64,000 nt of DNA from an uncultured Verrucomicrobiae bacterium (GCA_963788655.1 CAWBHS010000102.1:1-64000); one strand, 5' to 3'. Positions 32,551 to 42,830 are shown, counted from the stretch's first letter. A program made the numbers and translations. Notes: generated from the letters alone by a model not told the origin.

Positions 32551-33543
32551 ATGAGAACCTACCTGGTCCCGGCACTGCTGTTGGTCTTCCTCTCGTCCGG
32601 AGGGGCTTTGGCCTACCTGGTGGTGGGCTGCGCCGCGCCGCGCAGCAACACGCGCACCTTGCGGGAAACGGTCAGCCTCACCTTCCGCAACGCCAAAACC
32701 ACCGTGGTCAAAGACCATGCGTTGCTGGCCCTGCCGGCACTGGTGCAGGTGGCCCAGGAGTACGGCGCCGCGCTGGCCAAATACTTCATTCAACAGCAAG
32801 CCGGCCAATACGAGGCCACCGCGACGGCGACGACTTCCTTGAAACTGGAAGCGCTCGAGGTGGGAGGCTTCGGCGGGCTGCCGAAATTGAACAGCGGCGG
32901 TTACTTCATTTTCCTGCGCACCGTCCAGGATGCCGCCCCCGCGCAATCCGGATTGCCACGCTTCGATGCGGCGGCCCGGATCGCACACGCCCAGACGATT
33001 GCCGAAGCCTTGAAGAACCATTGCGAGGATGTCACCGCCGCGGATCTCATCTCCATTCTCGAACAGGGCCGCATCACTGGCGCCAATCCGCAGGAAGAAC
33101 TGGGCGCGCTGGCGTTTTGCGGTGTGGGCCTGGTGCGCCAACGCGAGACGGCGCGCACCCTGGAACTGCAATTGATCGGTTACATTTATCCGGCCTTGAA
33201 GGCCAAGAACGCGGCGTTCAAGGTGCCGTTCACCCGCTGGCACGCCACCGAGAGTAAATTCCATCTCCGCCTGGAGGGACCGCTGGCAGCCGCGCAAGCG
33301 TTCCAAGTGGGCGCGGACTTTGACGTGAACTGGGACCGGGACCAGGCCCTCGCCGGCCAACCGGCGGAATGGCACTTCAGCGATCAAGCGCACGGCCACG
33401 TCTTAAGCCGGTCCCGGCCCGTGACGGTCCCGGCGGTTCAAGACTTCTCGCTGCGAGGCACGCTGACTGAATCCTGCAACCTGAAAAAGATGCTGGAGCA
33501 AGCATCCGAGTTGGCGGCAAAGCTTAAGGCGGAACCGCACTAA
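32551..33543 (+). CDS. Hypothetical membrane-anchored or lipoprotein, co-operonic with the protease
   Basis: 330 aa, hydrophobic N-terminus ending LVVGC, GC-rich codon use, 14 bp after the protease stop. Confidence 0.65.
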   Translation: MRTYLVPALLLVFLSSGGALAYLVVGCAAPRSNTRTLRETVSLTFRNAKTTVVKDHALLALPALVQVAQEYGAALAKYFIQQQAGQYEATATATTSLKLEALEVGGFGGLPKLNSGGYFIFLRTVQDAAPAQSGLPRFDAAARIAHAQTIAEALKNHCEDVTAADLISILEQGRITGANPQEELGALAFCGVGLVRQRETARTLELQLIGYIYPALKAKNAAFKVPFTRWHATESKFHLRLEGPLAAAQAFQVGADFDVNWDRDQALAGQPAEWHFSDQAHGHVLSRSRPVTVPAVQDFSLRGTLTESCNLKKMLEQASELAAKLKAEPH

Positions 33544-33678
33544 AATGCTCCAGTGACATTTACGTTCCCTCTTGGTCGCGCTCGGTTCGGTGAACACCTC
33601 CCCACAAAGCCGCGACCGTAAGCGAGCGAACAAAGTGAACGGTTCAAGAGCTTGCCAAGGTGGAACGATTCAATTGGA

Positions 33679-33830
33679 GTAGCTGCGTTCGTGAGAACGC
33701 GGCTGACTGGCGCGGTGCAACACCGGTTCCAGGCGAAGGCAATCCGGTCACTTTTCGGTGACCGGTGGGACGCTGCCGTGGGTGACGTGTTTCCCTTTAA
33801 AGTCAGCCGCGTTCTCACGAACGCAGCCAC
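33679..33830. repeat. GTAG-REP doublet (30-bp arms, 1 mismatch)
   Basis: GTAGCTGCGTTCGTGAGAACGCGGCTGACT and AGTCAGCCGCGTTCTCACGAACGCAGCCAC. Confidence 0.85.
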
Positions 33831-33993
33831 AGGCACTGCATACATCCGGCTAAGGAGGGCTGTTATCGGGAGTAAATATGTGTCAGCACCGCCCGCCGCA
33901 TAGCATTCAGCAGGGTTCTGTTGCAGGTTGCTTTTTTCTGTTCGGTGACAACGCGGGGGGGTAGGCTGGCCAGTAATCGATTACCCTTGCTCT

Positions 33994-35262
33994 ATGAAGC
34001 TTACTTCGTTGATAGCCGGTTCAAGAATCAGGCGCTGTTTTGTGGCCGTGTCGATCGCCCTCTTGCTGCTGGTAACCCAATTCATTTCGGCCGCCGAACC
34101 GTCCATTGTCGTGGTGATAAATGAGCCCGCGGCAAGGCAAGTCCCGGTGCCGGCTTCGTTCACGGTGGACCTCAAAGAATTGGGCAATGGTCAAGGCATG
34201 TCCCGCGCCTGGCAACTGGAGCCATTGTCCCCGCCCAGCGCCAACTCATCCGACACCATCCCGGTGCAATTCGAGCCCACATCGCCCGGTTCAACCCAGG
34301 GAACCTTGTGGTTCGTATGGCCGCCTTCGGCAACCACAGAACGCCGGTTCCGACTCGTGGCGGCGGCCAAAGAAACCACGCCAGCCTTCACGATCATGTC
34401 GGATACAGCGCACGGTTTTTACGACGTTCGCGAAGGCAAGCGGCGCGTGCTGCGGTACAATCACGGCACGGTCCCGGCACCTGCCGGCGTTGACACCAAT
34501 TATGCCCGCGGCGATTACATCATGCCGTTGTTCGGTCCCAATGGCGAAGTGCTCACGGACGATTATCCGCCGGACCATCCGCACCATCGCGGCGTCGGTT
34601 GGTCATGGCCGGTCACACGGTGGGGCAAGGAGGTGCGCGACATCTGGGCGGTGCAAGGAGTGTGGGCCCGGCCGGTGGCCATGCGCAAGCTCGAGGCGGG
34701 ACCGGTGTGCGCAGTGTTGGACGCCGAGAGCGTTTGGAAATGGGGCAACACCACGCCGATTGTTCGCGAAGATGCGCTGATCCGCGTCTTCCGCTGGACT
34801 GGTAAGAGCCGGATTGTGGACGTGGAACTACGGCTGTTGGCTTTGCAGGATGGGGTGGCGATTGGCGGGCGTCCGCATGGCGGCTACGGCGGCTTTGGCT
34901 TGCGCGCCATGCCGGCCCAGCAGCGGGTCATTACGGCATTCACCGATCCGCCTGAACGAATTCCGCGCCGATGCTGGCTCGATTATTCGGGCGTGTTCGC
35001 CGGTGGAAACCGATCGTCCGGGCTCGCGATTTTCGAGCACATTGCGAATCTGTATTATCCCAATGCCCTTCTCCAATACCCGGAATTGAACTACGTCATG
35101 CCCGCCTTTCCAGGGGAGCGGGAGGTGCCACTTTCGAAGGACCAGCCATTGGTTCTCAAGCACCGTCTTTGGATTCACGCGGGCATGGCAGACGAACAAA
35201 TGCTGGCGGCCAATTGGGCGGCTTATGCGCATCCGCCGCAGGTGCGTTTGGAGAAGCAATGA
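33994..35262 (+). CDS. Secreted DUF6807/'PmoA-family' carbohydrate-associated protein
   Basis: YIMPLFGPNGEVLTDDYPPDHPHHRGVGWSW and GYGGFGLR; signal peptide. Confidence 0.75.
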   Translation: MKLTSLIAGSRIRRCFVAVSIALLLLVTQFISAAEPSIVVVINEPAARQVPVPASFTVDLKELGNGQGMSRAWQLEPLSPPSANSSDTIPVQFEPTSPGSTQGTLWFVWPPSATTERRFRLVAAAKETTPAFTIMSDTAHGFYDVREGKRRVLRYNHGTVPAPAGVDTNYARGDYIMPLFGPNGEVLTDDYPPDHPHHRGVGWSWPVTRWGKEVRDIWAVQGVWARPVAMRKLEAGPVCAVLDAESVWKWGNTTPIVREDALIRVFRWTGKSRIVDVELRLLALQDGVAIGGRPHGGYGGFGLRAMPAQQRVITAFTDPPERIPRRCWLDYSGVFAGGNRSSGLAIFEHIANLYYPNALLQYPELNYVMPAFPGEREVPLSKDQPLVLKHRLWIHAGMADEQMLAANWAAYAHPPQVRLEKQ

Positions 35263-35296
35263 ATCGGACAACATCGATGATCCAATCGCCAGGAAC

Positions 35297-35438
35297 GGGG
35301 AGCACAGGCGCCTCGCCTGTCGGTTGGTGCGCCCCGCGCCAACCGCGAATGGAACGGCGCGTCCAATTTGCTGCTGGCGACGACTGCGACCTCAACGGCG
35401 AGGCGCCGTTGATAACGCCCGAGGCGGGCCCGCTACCC
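35297..35438 (+). repeat. Palindromic element, family E (copy 1)
   Basis: GGGGAGCACAGGCGCCTCGCCTGT...GGCGAGGCGCC...GCCCGAGGCGGGCCCGCTACCC; inverted copy at 55776-55918. Confidence 0.8.
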
Positions 35439-35494
35439 ACTTTAAAATGCGATTCTTGACTGCGCGTCTGAACAACAACTCAACACTATCAACC

Positions 35495-36868
35495 ATGAAA
35501 AACACTGACTCCCTGACACGCCGGGCCTTCATCGAAAAGGCCGCCACCATTACCGCCGTTGGCTTTGCCGCACCACGTCTGGTTGCGGCCGCTGAATCCG
35601 GCACGCCGGCCGCATCCGCGAACCAAACCAACGCGAAACCGAACAGCCGCATTCACGTCGGGTTGATCGGCTGCGGGGGCATGGGGCGGAGCAACCTGAA
35701 CGAGTGCGCCAAGTATCCGGACGTGGTCGTGACCGCAGCCTGCGACGTCTGGCAAGCCCGGCGCGACGCGGTGTGCGCGCAATTCAAGGACACCTGCAAA
35801 CCGTACGCCGACTTTCGCGAGATGCTGCAACAACCGGATCTCGACGGCGTCATCATTGCCACCCCACCGCATTGGCACGCGTTGATCGCCATCATGGCGT
35901 GCGAGGCCGGCAAAGACATTTATTTGCAGAAACCCATGACGCTGCACCTCGGCGAGAGCCTGGCCGTGCGCAATGCTGTGAAGAAACACCAACGCATCAG
36001 CCAGATCGGCACGCAGATTCATGCCACGGAAAACTACCGGCGCGTGGTCGAATACATCCGCGCTGGCAACCTGGGCAAGATCGGCACCGTGCGGACATTC
36101 AACGTCATGAACCAAACACCCGATGGCGTGGGAACCAGCCCGGTTACGGAACCGCCCAAAGGATTCAACTGGGAAATGTGGTGCGGACCGGCGCCATTGG
36201 GGAAGTTCAATCCCATGTTGGTGGCCGATGCTTACAACCATTGTTCCTGGATGGACTACAGCGGCGGTTGGACCCCCGGCATGGCGCCGCACATCATTGA
36301 TCTGCCGGTTTGGGCGCAGGACCTGGGGTATCCGCTGGTAACCAGTTCCGCCGGCGGACGGTACATTTTGAACGATGACGGCGATGCCTACGATCAACAC
36401 GAGGTGTTGTGGCAATATCCCAACTTCACGATGACCTGGATGTCCTCGTTGACCAACAGTTACGGCTTCGACCTGGAAGGCGAGCCCATGCCCAAACGCC
36501 GGTTGGGGATCTATTTCCACGGCAGCAACGGGACGATGTATGCCAACTACGGCATGTACAAAATTGTCCCTGAGGGCCAGCGCATGGATGGGATGCAACC
36601 CCCGCCCAAGTCGATCCCGCCATCGCCGGGGCACGAACGCGAATGGCTCGAGGGGATCACTTCGCGGAAGCAACCCAGTGCCAGCGTGTTCTATCACACC
36701 AAGGTGGACGTGCCGATCGTGCTCAGCCTGCTCTCTTTGAAACTGAAACGTTCGATTCGCTTTGATCCGAAAAAAGAAGAAATCGTGGACGACCGCGAAG
36801 CCGCCAAATTGGCGGTGCCCCAATACCGGTCGCCGTGGAAATTCCCAAAGCAATACCTCAAGGCTTGA
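35495..36868 (+). CDS. Tat-exported Gfo/Idh/MocA oxidoreductase
   Basis: LTRRAFI twin-arginine motif, GLIGCGGMG, IATPPHWH and YLQKPM. Confidence 0.9.
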   Translation: MKNTDSLTRRAFIEKAATITAVGFAAPRLVAAAESGTPAASANQTNAKPNSRIHVGLIGCGGMGRSNLNECAKYPDVVVTAACDVWQARRDAVCAQFKDTCKPYADFREMLQQPDLDGVIIATPPHWHALIAIMACEAGKDIYLQKPMTLHLGESLAVRNAVKKHQRISQIGTQIHATENYRRVVEYIRAGNLGKIGTVRTFNVMNQTPDGVGTSPVTEPPKGFNWEMWCGPAPLGKFNPMLVADAYNHCSWMDYSGGWTPGMAPHIIDLPVWAQDLGYPLVTSSAGGRYILNDDGDAYDQHEVLWQYPNFTMTWMSSLTNSYGFDLEGEPMPKRRLGIYFHGSNGTMYANYGMYKIVPEGQRMDGMQPPPKSIPPSPGHEREWLEGITSRKQPSASVFYHTKVDVPIVLSLLSLKLKRSIRFDPKKEEIVDDREAAKLAVPQYRSPWKFPKQYLKA

Positions 36869-37186
36869 GGGGAGCGACGGCTTGTTCCGTTAACAAACCG
36901 AAGACTTATGGACTTGCGAAATGGGAAACTTCGAAGCGCCCATCCGCTGGGACAGTGGTGTTGATGAGCTTCATGGCCATGGGTGGCACGGCGTTGTTCA
37001 ATTGAAGAGAACGTCTGGCCGGCAAATGGCGCCGGTCCAGTGGAACGCGTCGCCGTTGTGCGGCGTCGTCGGAGGCACACCAAACATTGGAACGTAACCC
37101 TGGTTCAAAAACAGTGGATTTTCGCATGGCAGCCCGGCCAGGGTTTTGCTTTGATTCTCTGCTGTTTGCTGGTAAGAAATCGCGCC

Positions 37187-37717
37187 ATGGACCTCTTTGA
37201 AACAATAAAGTCCCGCCGCTCCGTGCGCGTATTTCAGCCCAAGGAAGTCGAGCCGGAGAAACTGAACACCATTCTGGGCGTGATGATGCAGGCGCCGTCG
37301 GCGGGCAATTTGCAGGCCTTCCAGGTGTATGTGATTCGCGATGCCGAACAGAAGCAGGCCCTGGCCACCGCCGCGCTCAACCAGGATTTTATCGCCCGGG
37401 CGCCGGTGGTGCTGATCTTCTGTGCCGACCGCCACCGCTCGGGACAGCACTATCGCCAGCGGGGCGAAGACCTGTACAGCGTCCAGGACGCGACCATTGC
37501 CACGGCGTATGCGCAGTTGGCGGCTACGGCGTTTGGACTGGGTACGTGTTGGGTCGGCACGTTCGACGATGCCAAGTTGGCCAAGGTCGTCGGCATCGAT
37601 GAAGGACACTATCCCATCGCCATGTTGCCGCTGGGGTACCCCGCCGAGGAACCGAAGCAAACGACGCGGCGTTCGGCCGGTGAACTGGTGCGCGACCGGC
37701 CGGTGCGGAATACTTAG
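37187..37717 (+). CDS. Nitroreductase family protein
   Basis: IKSRRSVR, APSAGNLQ, GLGTCWVG and LPLGYP. Confidence 0.9.
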   Translation: MDLFETIKSRRSVRVFQPKEVEPEKLNTILGVMMQAPSAGNLQAFQVYVIRDAEQKQALATAALNQDFIARAPVVLIFCADRHRSGQHYRQRGEDLYSVQDATIATAYAQLAATAFGLGTCWVGTFDDAKLAKVVGIDEGHYPIAMLPLGYPAEEPKQTTRRSAGELVRDRPVRNT

Positions 37718-38020
37718 CCCGGTAATAGAGCCCCGTTCGAAGTTCCGCACGATGCCGAAAGCAAGGACCAAGGGCTAATACCCAAAGATCAAGTATCCAA
37801 ACACCAAACCGAGGGCGATCAGCCGGTGGTTCTCCACCCGAATGAACGTTCCCAGGCACCTCCTCGGTGGCATGGTTGACACCCAGCAATTTGTGGGCAT
37901 GGTAGCGGTGGCGTGGTTAATCTGACAAAAGAACGGCATCAAACATTTTGAAGTGTCTCCGGGAACGGAGAGTGGGAAGGATTCGGAACGCAACCGAGCA
38001 AGGGAGCAGGTTAGAATTGC

Positions 38021-41000
38021 ATGGCGAAGTCACCCATCAATGTACTGTTGGTCGAGGATAACCTTGAATTCGCGAAGCGCTTGGAATCCAGTCTGAAAGC
38101 GCTTCCCGGCCAGCCATTGCGATTGGCGGCCTGTGGGCAATTGGCCGAAGCGCGGAAAGTGCTGGCGTCCAGCCAAACGGTGGACGCCGTGTTGCTGAAT
38201 CTGAATCTGCCCGATAGCCAGGGGCTGGAGACGTTGCGCCAGGTCCGGGAGCAGGCGCCGGGACTGCCCGTGGTGGTGGTGACCGCTTCCGAAGATGAAG
38301 CGCTGGCGCTCGAGGCCTTGCGGGCAGGGGCCCAGGACTATTTGTTCGAAACGGAAGCCAATGCCCGAACCGTAACCCGCTCGGTGGGGTATGCGATCGA
38401 GCGCGGACGCGGGGAACAGGCCTTGCGGGAAAGCGAACAGCGTTTCAAACGGCTGCTTCAATCCACCACCGACTATATCTTCTCGGTGACGGTGGCAAAC
38501 GGGCGGGCGACCTCCACGTGCCATGGGCCGGGGTGTTTTGGCGTAACCGGTTATTCGCTCGAGGAGTTTGAAGCTGACCCGTATCTCTGGTACCGGCTGA
38601 TCCACGAGGCCGACCGCTCCCGGGTGACCGCTTTGGTTGCGCGGATTCTCGCCGGGGAAACCGTGCCCCAGTTTGAACATCGTATTCTGCACCGGGACGG
38701 TTCCGTCCGGTGGATTCGCAACACCTCCGTGCTGCACAAAGACGCGCAAGGCCGGTTGATCGGTTATGACGGATTGATCACCGATATTACCGAGCGCAAA
38801 CGGGCGGAGCGCCTGTTAACGTTCGAGCATTCGGTCAACCGGGAACTGACGCGCACGGACACGTTGCCCGAGGTGTTGGCTCGCGTCTTTCCGGTGTTGT
38901 GCGACGGCCAACCATGGGAGTTGGGCGCTTATTGGATTGCGGATGCTCAAGCCGGCGTGCTGCGCTTCTCGGGCATCGGTTATGACGCCACCGGGCAGAT
39001 GAACCAACTCCTGGAGTTGGACCGCTCGTTTACGTTTGCGCCCGGCGCCGGATTGTTGGGCCGGGTGTGGGCTCAAGGAGAACCGAGTTGGATTGCGGAT
39101 TTGGCCAAGGAAACCGACTGCCCGCGGGCCGGGTTCGTCGGCCAGTTGGGACTGCATGGCGCCTGTGCGTTCCCCGTCGCGTGGGGCAAGGAACGGTTTG
39201 GGATCCTCGAATTGTTCTGCCGGCGAATCATCGCTTCCGACGAACCATTGATGCTGGCGCTGGGAGGGGTGGGCAGTCAGATCGGGCAATTCATCGATCG
39301 CCGGCGGTCGCAAGAGGCGCTGGCCGCGGAGCGAAATCTGTTGCGGACGCTGATCGATAATCTGCCGGATTATGTTTACGTGAAAGATACCGAGAGCCGG
39401 TTCCTGATCAACAATCTGGCCCATCTGTGCGTGTTGGGCGCGCCGCTCAAACAGCAGGTGGTTGGTAAATCCGACCTGGATTTCTTCCCGCGGGAACAGG
39501 CACTGCAATTTCTGGCTGACGACCAAGCGGTACTCAGTTCCGGCCAGCCCCTGATCAATCACGAAGAACAGGTGGTCGATGCCGATGGTAAACCACATTG
39601 GGTTCTGGCCACCAAGGTGCCGCTGCGCGACCACCAGGGCCAGGTCATGGGCTTGGTGGGGATCAGTCGCGACATTACCGGACGCAAGCAGGCCGAGGAT
39701 GAAAAGCGCCTGACCGAAACCCGGCTGCAGGCCATTCTCGACAACTCGCCCGCGGTCATTTACCTCAAGGACACCCGGGGGCGCTACTTGCTGATCAATC
39801 ATCGCTACGAAGAGCTCTTTCGGATCCGACGGGAAGACATCGTTGGCAAGACCGATTACGAGGTGTTCCCCAAGGAAGCCGCCGACTTGTTTCGAGCCAA
39901 CGACCAGCGGGTCTTGCAGGCTCAGGGGCCACTCAAGTTCGAGGAAGTGGCCCCGCATGACGACGTGCCGCACACCTATATTTCGGTGAAATTTCCCCTC
40001 GTGGATGTGGCCGGCAAACCGTACGGCGTCTGCGGCATTTCCACCGATATTACGGATCGTAAGCAGGCCGAGCAAGCCCTGGCCGAAAGCCAGGAACGCC
40101 TCGAATTGGTGATCCAGGGCAGCAATGACGGCATCTGGGATTGGAGCATTGCCGCCAACCGCGTTTATTATTCGCCGCGTTGGAAAAGCATGCTGGGTTA
40201 CACCGACGACGAGATTGAAAATACGTTCTCCAGTTGGGAAATGCTCTTGCATCCCGAGGATCGCACGCGGGCGTTGGCCGCCGTGCAAAGCTATTTCGCC
40301 GGCCAATCGACGGCCTTCGAACTCGAACATCGCCTGCGGCACAAGGACGGCACGTACCGGTGGATTCTGGCTCGCGGCGTGGCTCTGCGCGATGCCGAGG
40401 GACGACCCTTGCGCATGGCCGGTTCGCACGTGGACCTCACCGAGCACAAACAGAAAGAGGAACAACTGCGTCAGGCTTACGAGGAGCTGTCGAAGAACCA
40501 GGAGCGACTGCGGCAAACCCTCGACCGGCTCCGCGGGGCGCACCGCGAATTGAAGAGCGCCCAGCAGCAATTGATCCAGGCGGAAAAACTGAAGTCGATC
40601 GGCAAGCTGGCCGCCGGCGTCGCGCACGAAGTCAAGAATCCGCTGCAAACCATCCTGATGGGCATCACGTTCCTGAACAACAACCTGGCCGGCAAGGAGG
40701 CCACGGTCACGATGGTGCTGAGCGAATTGCGGACCGCCGTGGAACGGGCGGACAGCATCATCCACGAATTACTGCAATTGAGCGCTGCCACGCGCATCAC
40801 CGTTAAGACCGTCGAGTTCAACACCGTGGTCGAGCGGGCGTTGGCGATGATGCATCTGATGTTTGATGAGACGCACGTCCAGGTCGTCCGCGAACTGGCC
40901 AGCGGTTTGCCCGAGCTTCAATTGGACCCGTCCCGGATGGAGCAGGTGTTCACCAATCTGTTCATGAACGCCATCCATGCCATGCCCGGCGGCGGCGTGC

Positions 41001-41347
41001 TCACGGTGCGCACGCGGTTCCGGCGCTGGCCGAAGAACCCACCTTCCGAAGCGGTCCCGAGTCCCTTCAAGCCAGGCGATCTGCTGGTGATTGCCGAGGT
41101 GCAGGACAATGGCACCGGGATTGCCGCGGAAGTGCTGCCGATGATCTTCGAACCGTTCTTCACCACCAAACCCATGGGCGTGGGCACCGGGCTGGGTCTG
41201 GCGGTCATCAAGAACATCATCGACTTGCACGGCGGGACCATTGAAGTTACAAACGTTCCGGAAGGTGGCGTTTGCGTCACCCTCGCGCTGAAAGTTCAGC
41301 AGGGGACAACATTTTATGAGCAAGAAGCGGATTTTACTCGTGGATGA
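38021..41347 (+). CDS. Cytoplasmic hybrid sensor kinase (REC-PAS-GAF-PAS-PAS-PAS-HisKA-HATPase)
   Basis: LLVEDN receiver; PAS/PAC repeats ending DITERK; AGVAHEVKNPL, NLFMNAIHAM, DNGTG and FFTTKPMGVGTGLGL. Confidence 0.92.
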   Translation: MAKSPINVLLVEDNLEFAKRLESSLKALPGQPLRLAACGQLAEARKVLASSQTVDAVLLNLNLPDSQGLETLRQVREQAPGLPVVVVTASEDEALALEALRAGAQDYLFETEANARTVTRSVGYAIERGRGEQALRESEQRFKRLLQSTTDYIFSVTVANGRATSTCHGPGCFGVTGYSLEEFEADPYLWYRLIHEADRSRVTALVARILAGETVPQFEHRILHRDGSVRWIRNTSVLHKDAQGRLIGYDGLITDITERKRAERLLTFEHSVNRELTRTDTLPEVLARVFPVLCDGQPWELGAYWIADAQAGVLRFSGIGYDATGQMNQLLELDRSFTFAPGAGLLGRVWAQGEPSWIADLAKETDCPRAGFVGQLGLHGACAFPVAWGKERFGILELFCRRIIASDEPLMLALGGVGSQIGQFIDRRRSQEALAAERNLLRTLIDNLPDYVYVKDTESRFLINNLAHLCVLGAPLKQQVVGKSDLDFFPREQALQFLADDQAVLSSGQPLINHEEQVVDADGKPHWVLATKVPLRDHQGQVMGLVGISRDITGRKQAEDEKRLTETRLQAILDNSPAVIYLKDTRGRYLLINHRYEELFRIRREDIVGKTDYEVFPKEAADLFRANDQRVLQAQGPLKFEEVAPHDDVPHTYISVKFPLVDVAGKPYGVCGISTDITDRKQAEQALAESQERLELVIQGSNDGIWDWSIAANRVYYSPRWKSMLGYTDDEIENTFSSWEMLLHPEDRTRALAAVQSYFAGQSTAFELEHRLRHKDGTYRWILARGVALRDAEGRPLRMAGSHVDLTEHKQKEEQLRQAYEELSKNQERLRQTLDRLRGAHRELKSAQQQLIQAEKLKSIGKLAAGVAHEVKNPLQTILMGITFLNNNLAGKEATVTMVLSELRTAVERADSIIHELLQLSAATRITVKTVEFNTVVERALAMMHLMFDETHVQVVRELASGLPELQLDPSRMEQVFTNLFMNAIHAMPGGGVLTVRTRFRRWPKNPPSEAVPSPFKPGDLLVIAEVQDNGTGIAAEVLPMIFEPFFTTKPMGVGTGLGLAVIKNIIDLHGGTIEVTNVPEGGVCVTLALKVQQGTTFYEQEADFTRG

Positions 41348-41702
41348 TGAAGTCGGATTTACACGGCTGTTGAAGCTCAACCTCGAACAAACCGACCAAT
41401 ACGAGGTTCAGGTGGAAAACACCGCCATGGGTGCCTTGAACCACGCCGTCGATTTTCAGCCGCATTTGATCCTGCTGGACGTGATCATGCCCGCCATGGA
41501 CGGGGGCGAATTGGCGACCCGCCTGAGCACCAAAGCGAAACTCAAAGGTGTGCCAATTGTGTTTTTGACGGCTGCGGTGAAGAAGGAGGAAGTCAGTTCC
41601 CACGGCGGCGAGATTGGCGGTTATCCGTTCATTGCGAAGCCGGTTGATCTGCCGCAGGTGATTGCCTGCATCGAAAGCCACTTGGGCCAGAAACCGGTGT
41701 GA
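41316..41702 (+). CDS. Single-domain response regulator
   Basis: ILLVDDE, LLDVIMPAMDG, FLTA and IAKP. Confidence 0.92.
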   Translation: MSKKRILLVDDEVGFTRLLKLNLEQTDQYEVQVENTAMGALNHAVDFQPHLILLDVIMPAMDGGELATRLSTKAKLKGVPIVFLTAAVKKEEVSSHGGEIGGYPFIAKPVDLPQVIACIESHLGQKPV

Positions 41703-41716
41703 CGCCACAGTTCATC

Positions 41717-41742
41717 GTAGCGGCGCCTCGGCAGAACGCCGC
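41717..41742 (+). repeat. GTAG-REP flanking the RAYT
   Basis: GTAGCGGCGCCTCGGCAGAACGCCGC, an imperfect hairpin with a GTAG foot. Confidence 0.8.
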
Positions 41743-41749
41743 ACTCTTC

Positions 41750-42175
41750 ACTCCTTGGAAGCTATGGCCCTACTGGGACTTTCCTCCCGTTCCCGCACAT
41801 ATAGATCTCAAAACTCCTTCCAGAAATCCTCGATCAGCGGGTGCATCCACGGGCAGCCGGGCACCATTGCGCCCAAATAAGGCCACTCGTGTGGATGGTT
41901 CACCAAACCTGCGCGCCGGGGATTATCGAGCACGTAGAAGCACGTCCGTTCAAACGCCCCACGCAAACGGTTTTTCTCCCGTAGCACGCTGTCATGCGAT
42001 TGCTTTTGCAACTCGAATTCCGCCCCAGCAGACGAGCGACGAGCGAGTTCTGCTGCCAGATGCTTTCGGATAAAACGACTGGCCAGACGCTGGTCGCTTC
42101 GGACACGCATTCCCATCCAGACTACGTGCAGATGATCCGGCATACGCACATAAACCGGACAGAAGAGGCTCTGCC
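41750..42175 (-). pseudogene. Truncated REP-associated tyrosine transposase (RAYT/TnpA-REP, Y1 HUH)
   Basis: LFCPVYVRMPDHLHVVW (HUH), LQKQSHDSVLR and YVLDNPRRAGLV...EWPY. The N-terminus is replaced by a REP, and a TGA at 41808-41810 may be premature. Confidence 0.75.
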
Positions 42176-42222
42176 GCCGCTACGCCGCCATGAACCGTAG
42201 CGGCGCCTCGGCAGAGCGCCGC
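42168..42222. repeat. Truncated inverted REP plus full REP flanking the RAYT
   Basis: GCTCTGCCGCCGCTAC (42168-42183) and GTAGCGGCGCCTCGGCAGAGCGCCGC (42197-42222). Confidence 0.8.
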
Positions 42223-42427
42223 CAATTAATGCGGTTTTCTCCCTCAAAAGCCTCGACGGAATCGCATTCTCCACCGACGGGCAATTCCCCGGTTCGTAGC
42301 ATTGGAGCAAGACTTTCTTGATCACACCTTTACCCGGCGCAAATCCACTCGAGTGTAACTGGCTCCTGACCCAAGCGTGACTTTCTTCTGGGAGGTTCGC
42401 CCGTGAAGTGGAGTTAGAGGCCGCTTG

Positions 42428-42823
42428 TCAGCAGATCGTCGGCACATGGGGATAGCCACGGATCTTACCGTCGGTCGTCACGAGCGTCAGGCGCTCCAGC
42501 CGTGCGGTTGCGATGAGCAAGCGATCTGCCGGGTCGTGGTGAATGGGCGGTGGCAGGCTGTAAGCCTCGGCCATGATTTCTGCGGTGATGGGCAGACAAG
42601 GCCACTCGGTTCGCTTCAACAAAGCAGCCCACCAGAGGCGCCAGTGTTGTTTAAGCACGATCTTCCGGCGTTCCTGCAAGCAGGCCAGTTCCGCCACGGA
42701 GATCGCCGAGACAACGACCTCCCCCGCCGGTGCTGCGTCAATCAGCGCCAGTGTAGCCGGGGTGAGGTCGGGCGTTTTCTCCGCAGTGAACAGGACAGCG
42801 CAAGTATCGAGGAGAAATGGCAT
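42428..42823 (-). CDS. vapC: VapC PIN-domain toxin
   Basis: FLLDTCA, VSAISVAEL, HHDPADRLLIATA and LVTTD. Confidence 0.9.
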   Translation of the reverse strand: MPFLLDTCAVLFTAEKTPDLTPATLALIDAAPAGEVVVSAISVAELACLQERRKIVLKQHWRLWWAALLKRTEWPCLPITAEIMAEAYSLPPPIHHDPADRLLIATARLERLTLVTTDGKIRGYPHVPTIC

Positions 42824-42830
42824 GGCAGCA

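Noticed and set aside
33994..35262. Methane monooxygenase subunit
   Set aside because: The 'PmoA family' label is a misnomer here: this is a soluble secreted protein among sugar genes, with no pmoB or pmoC.
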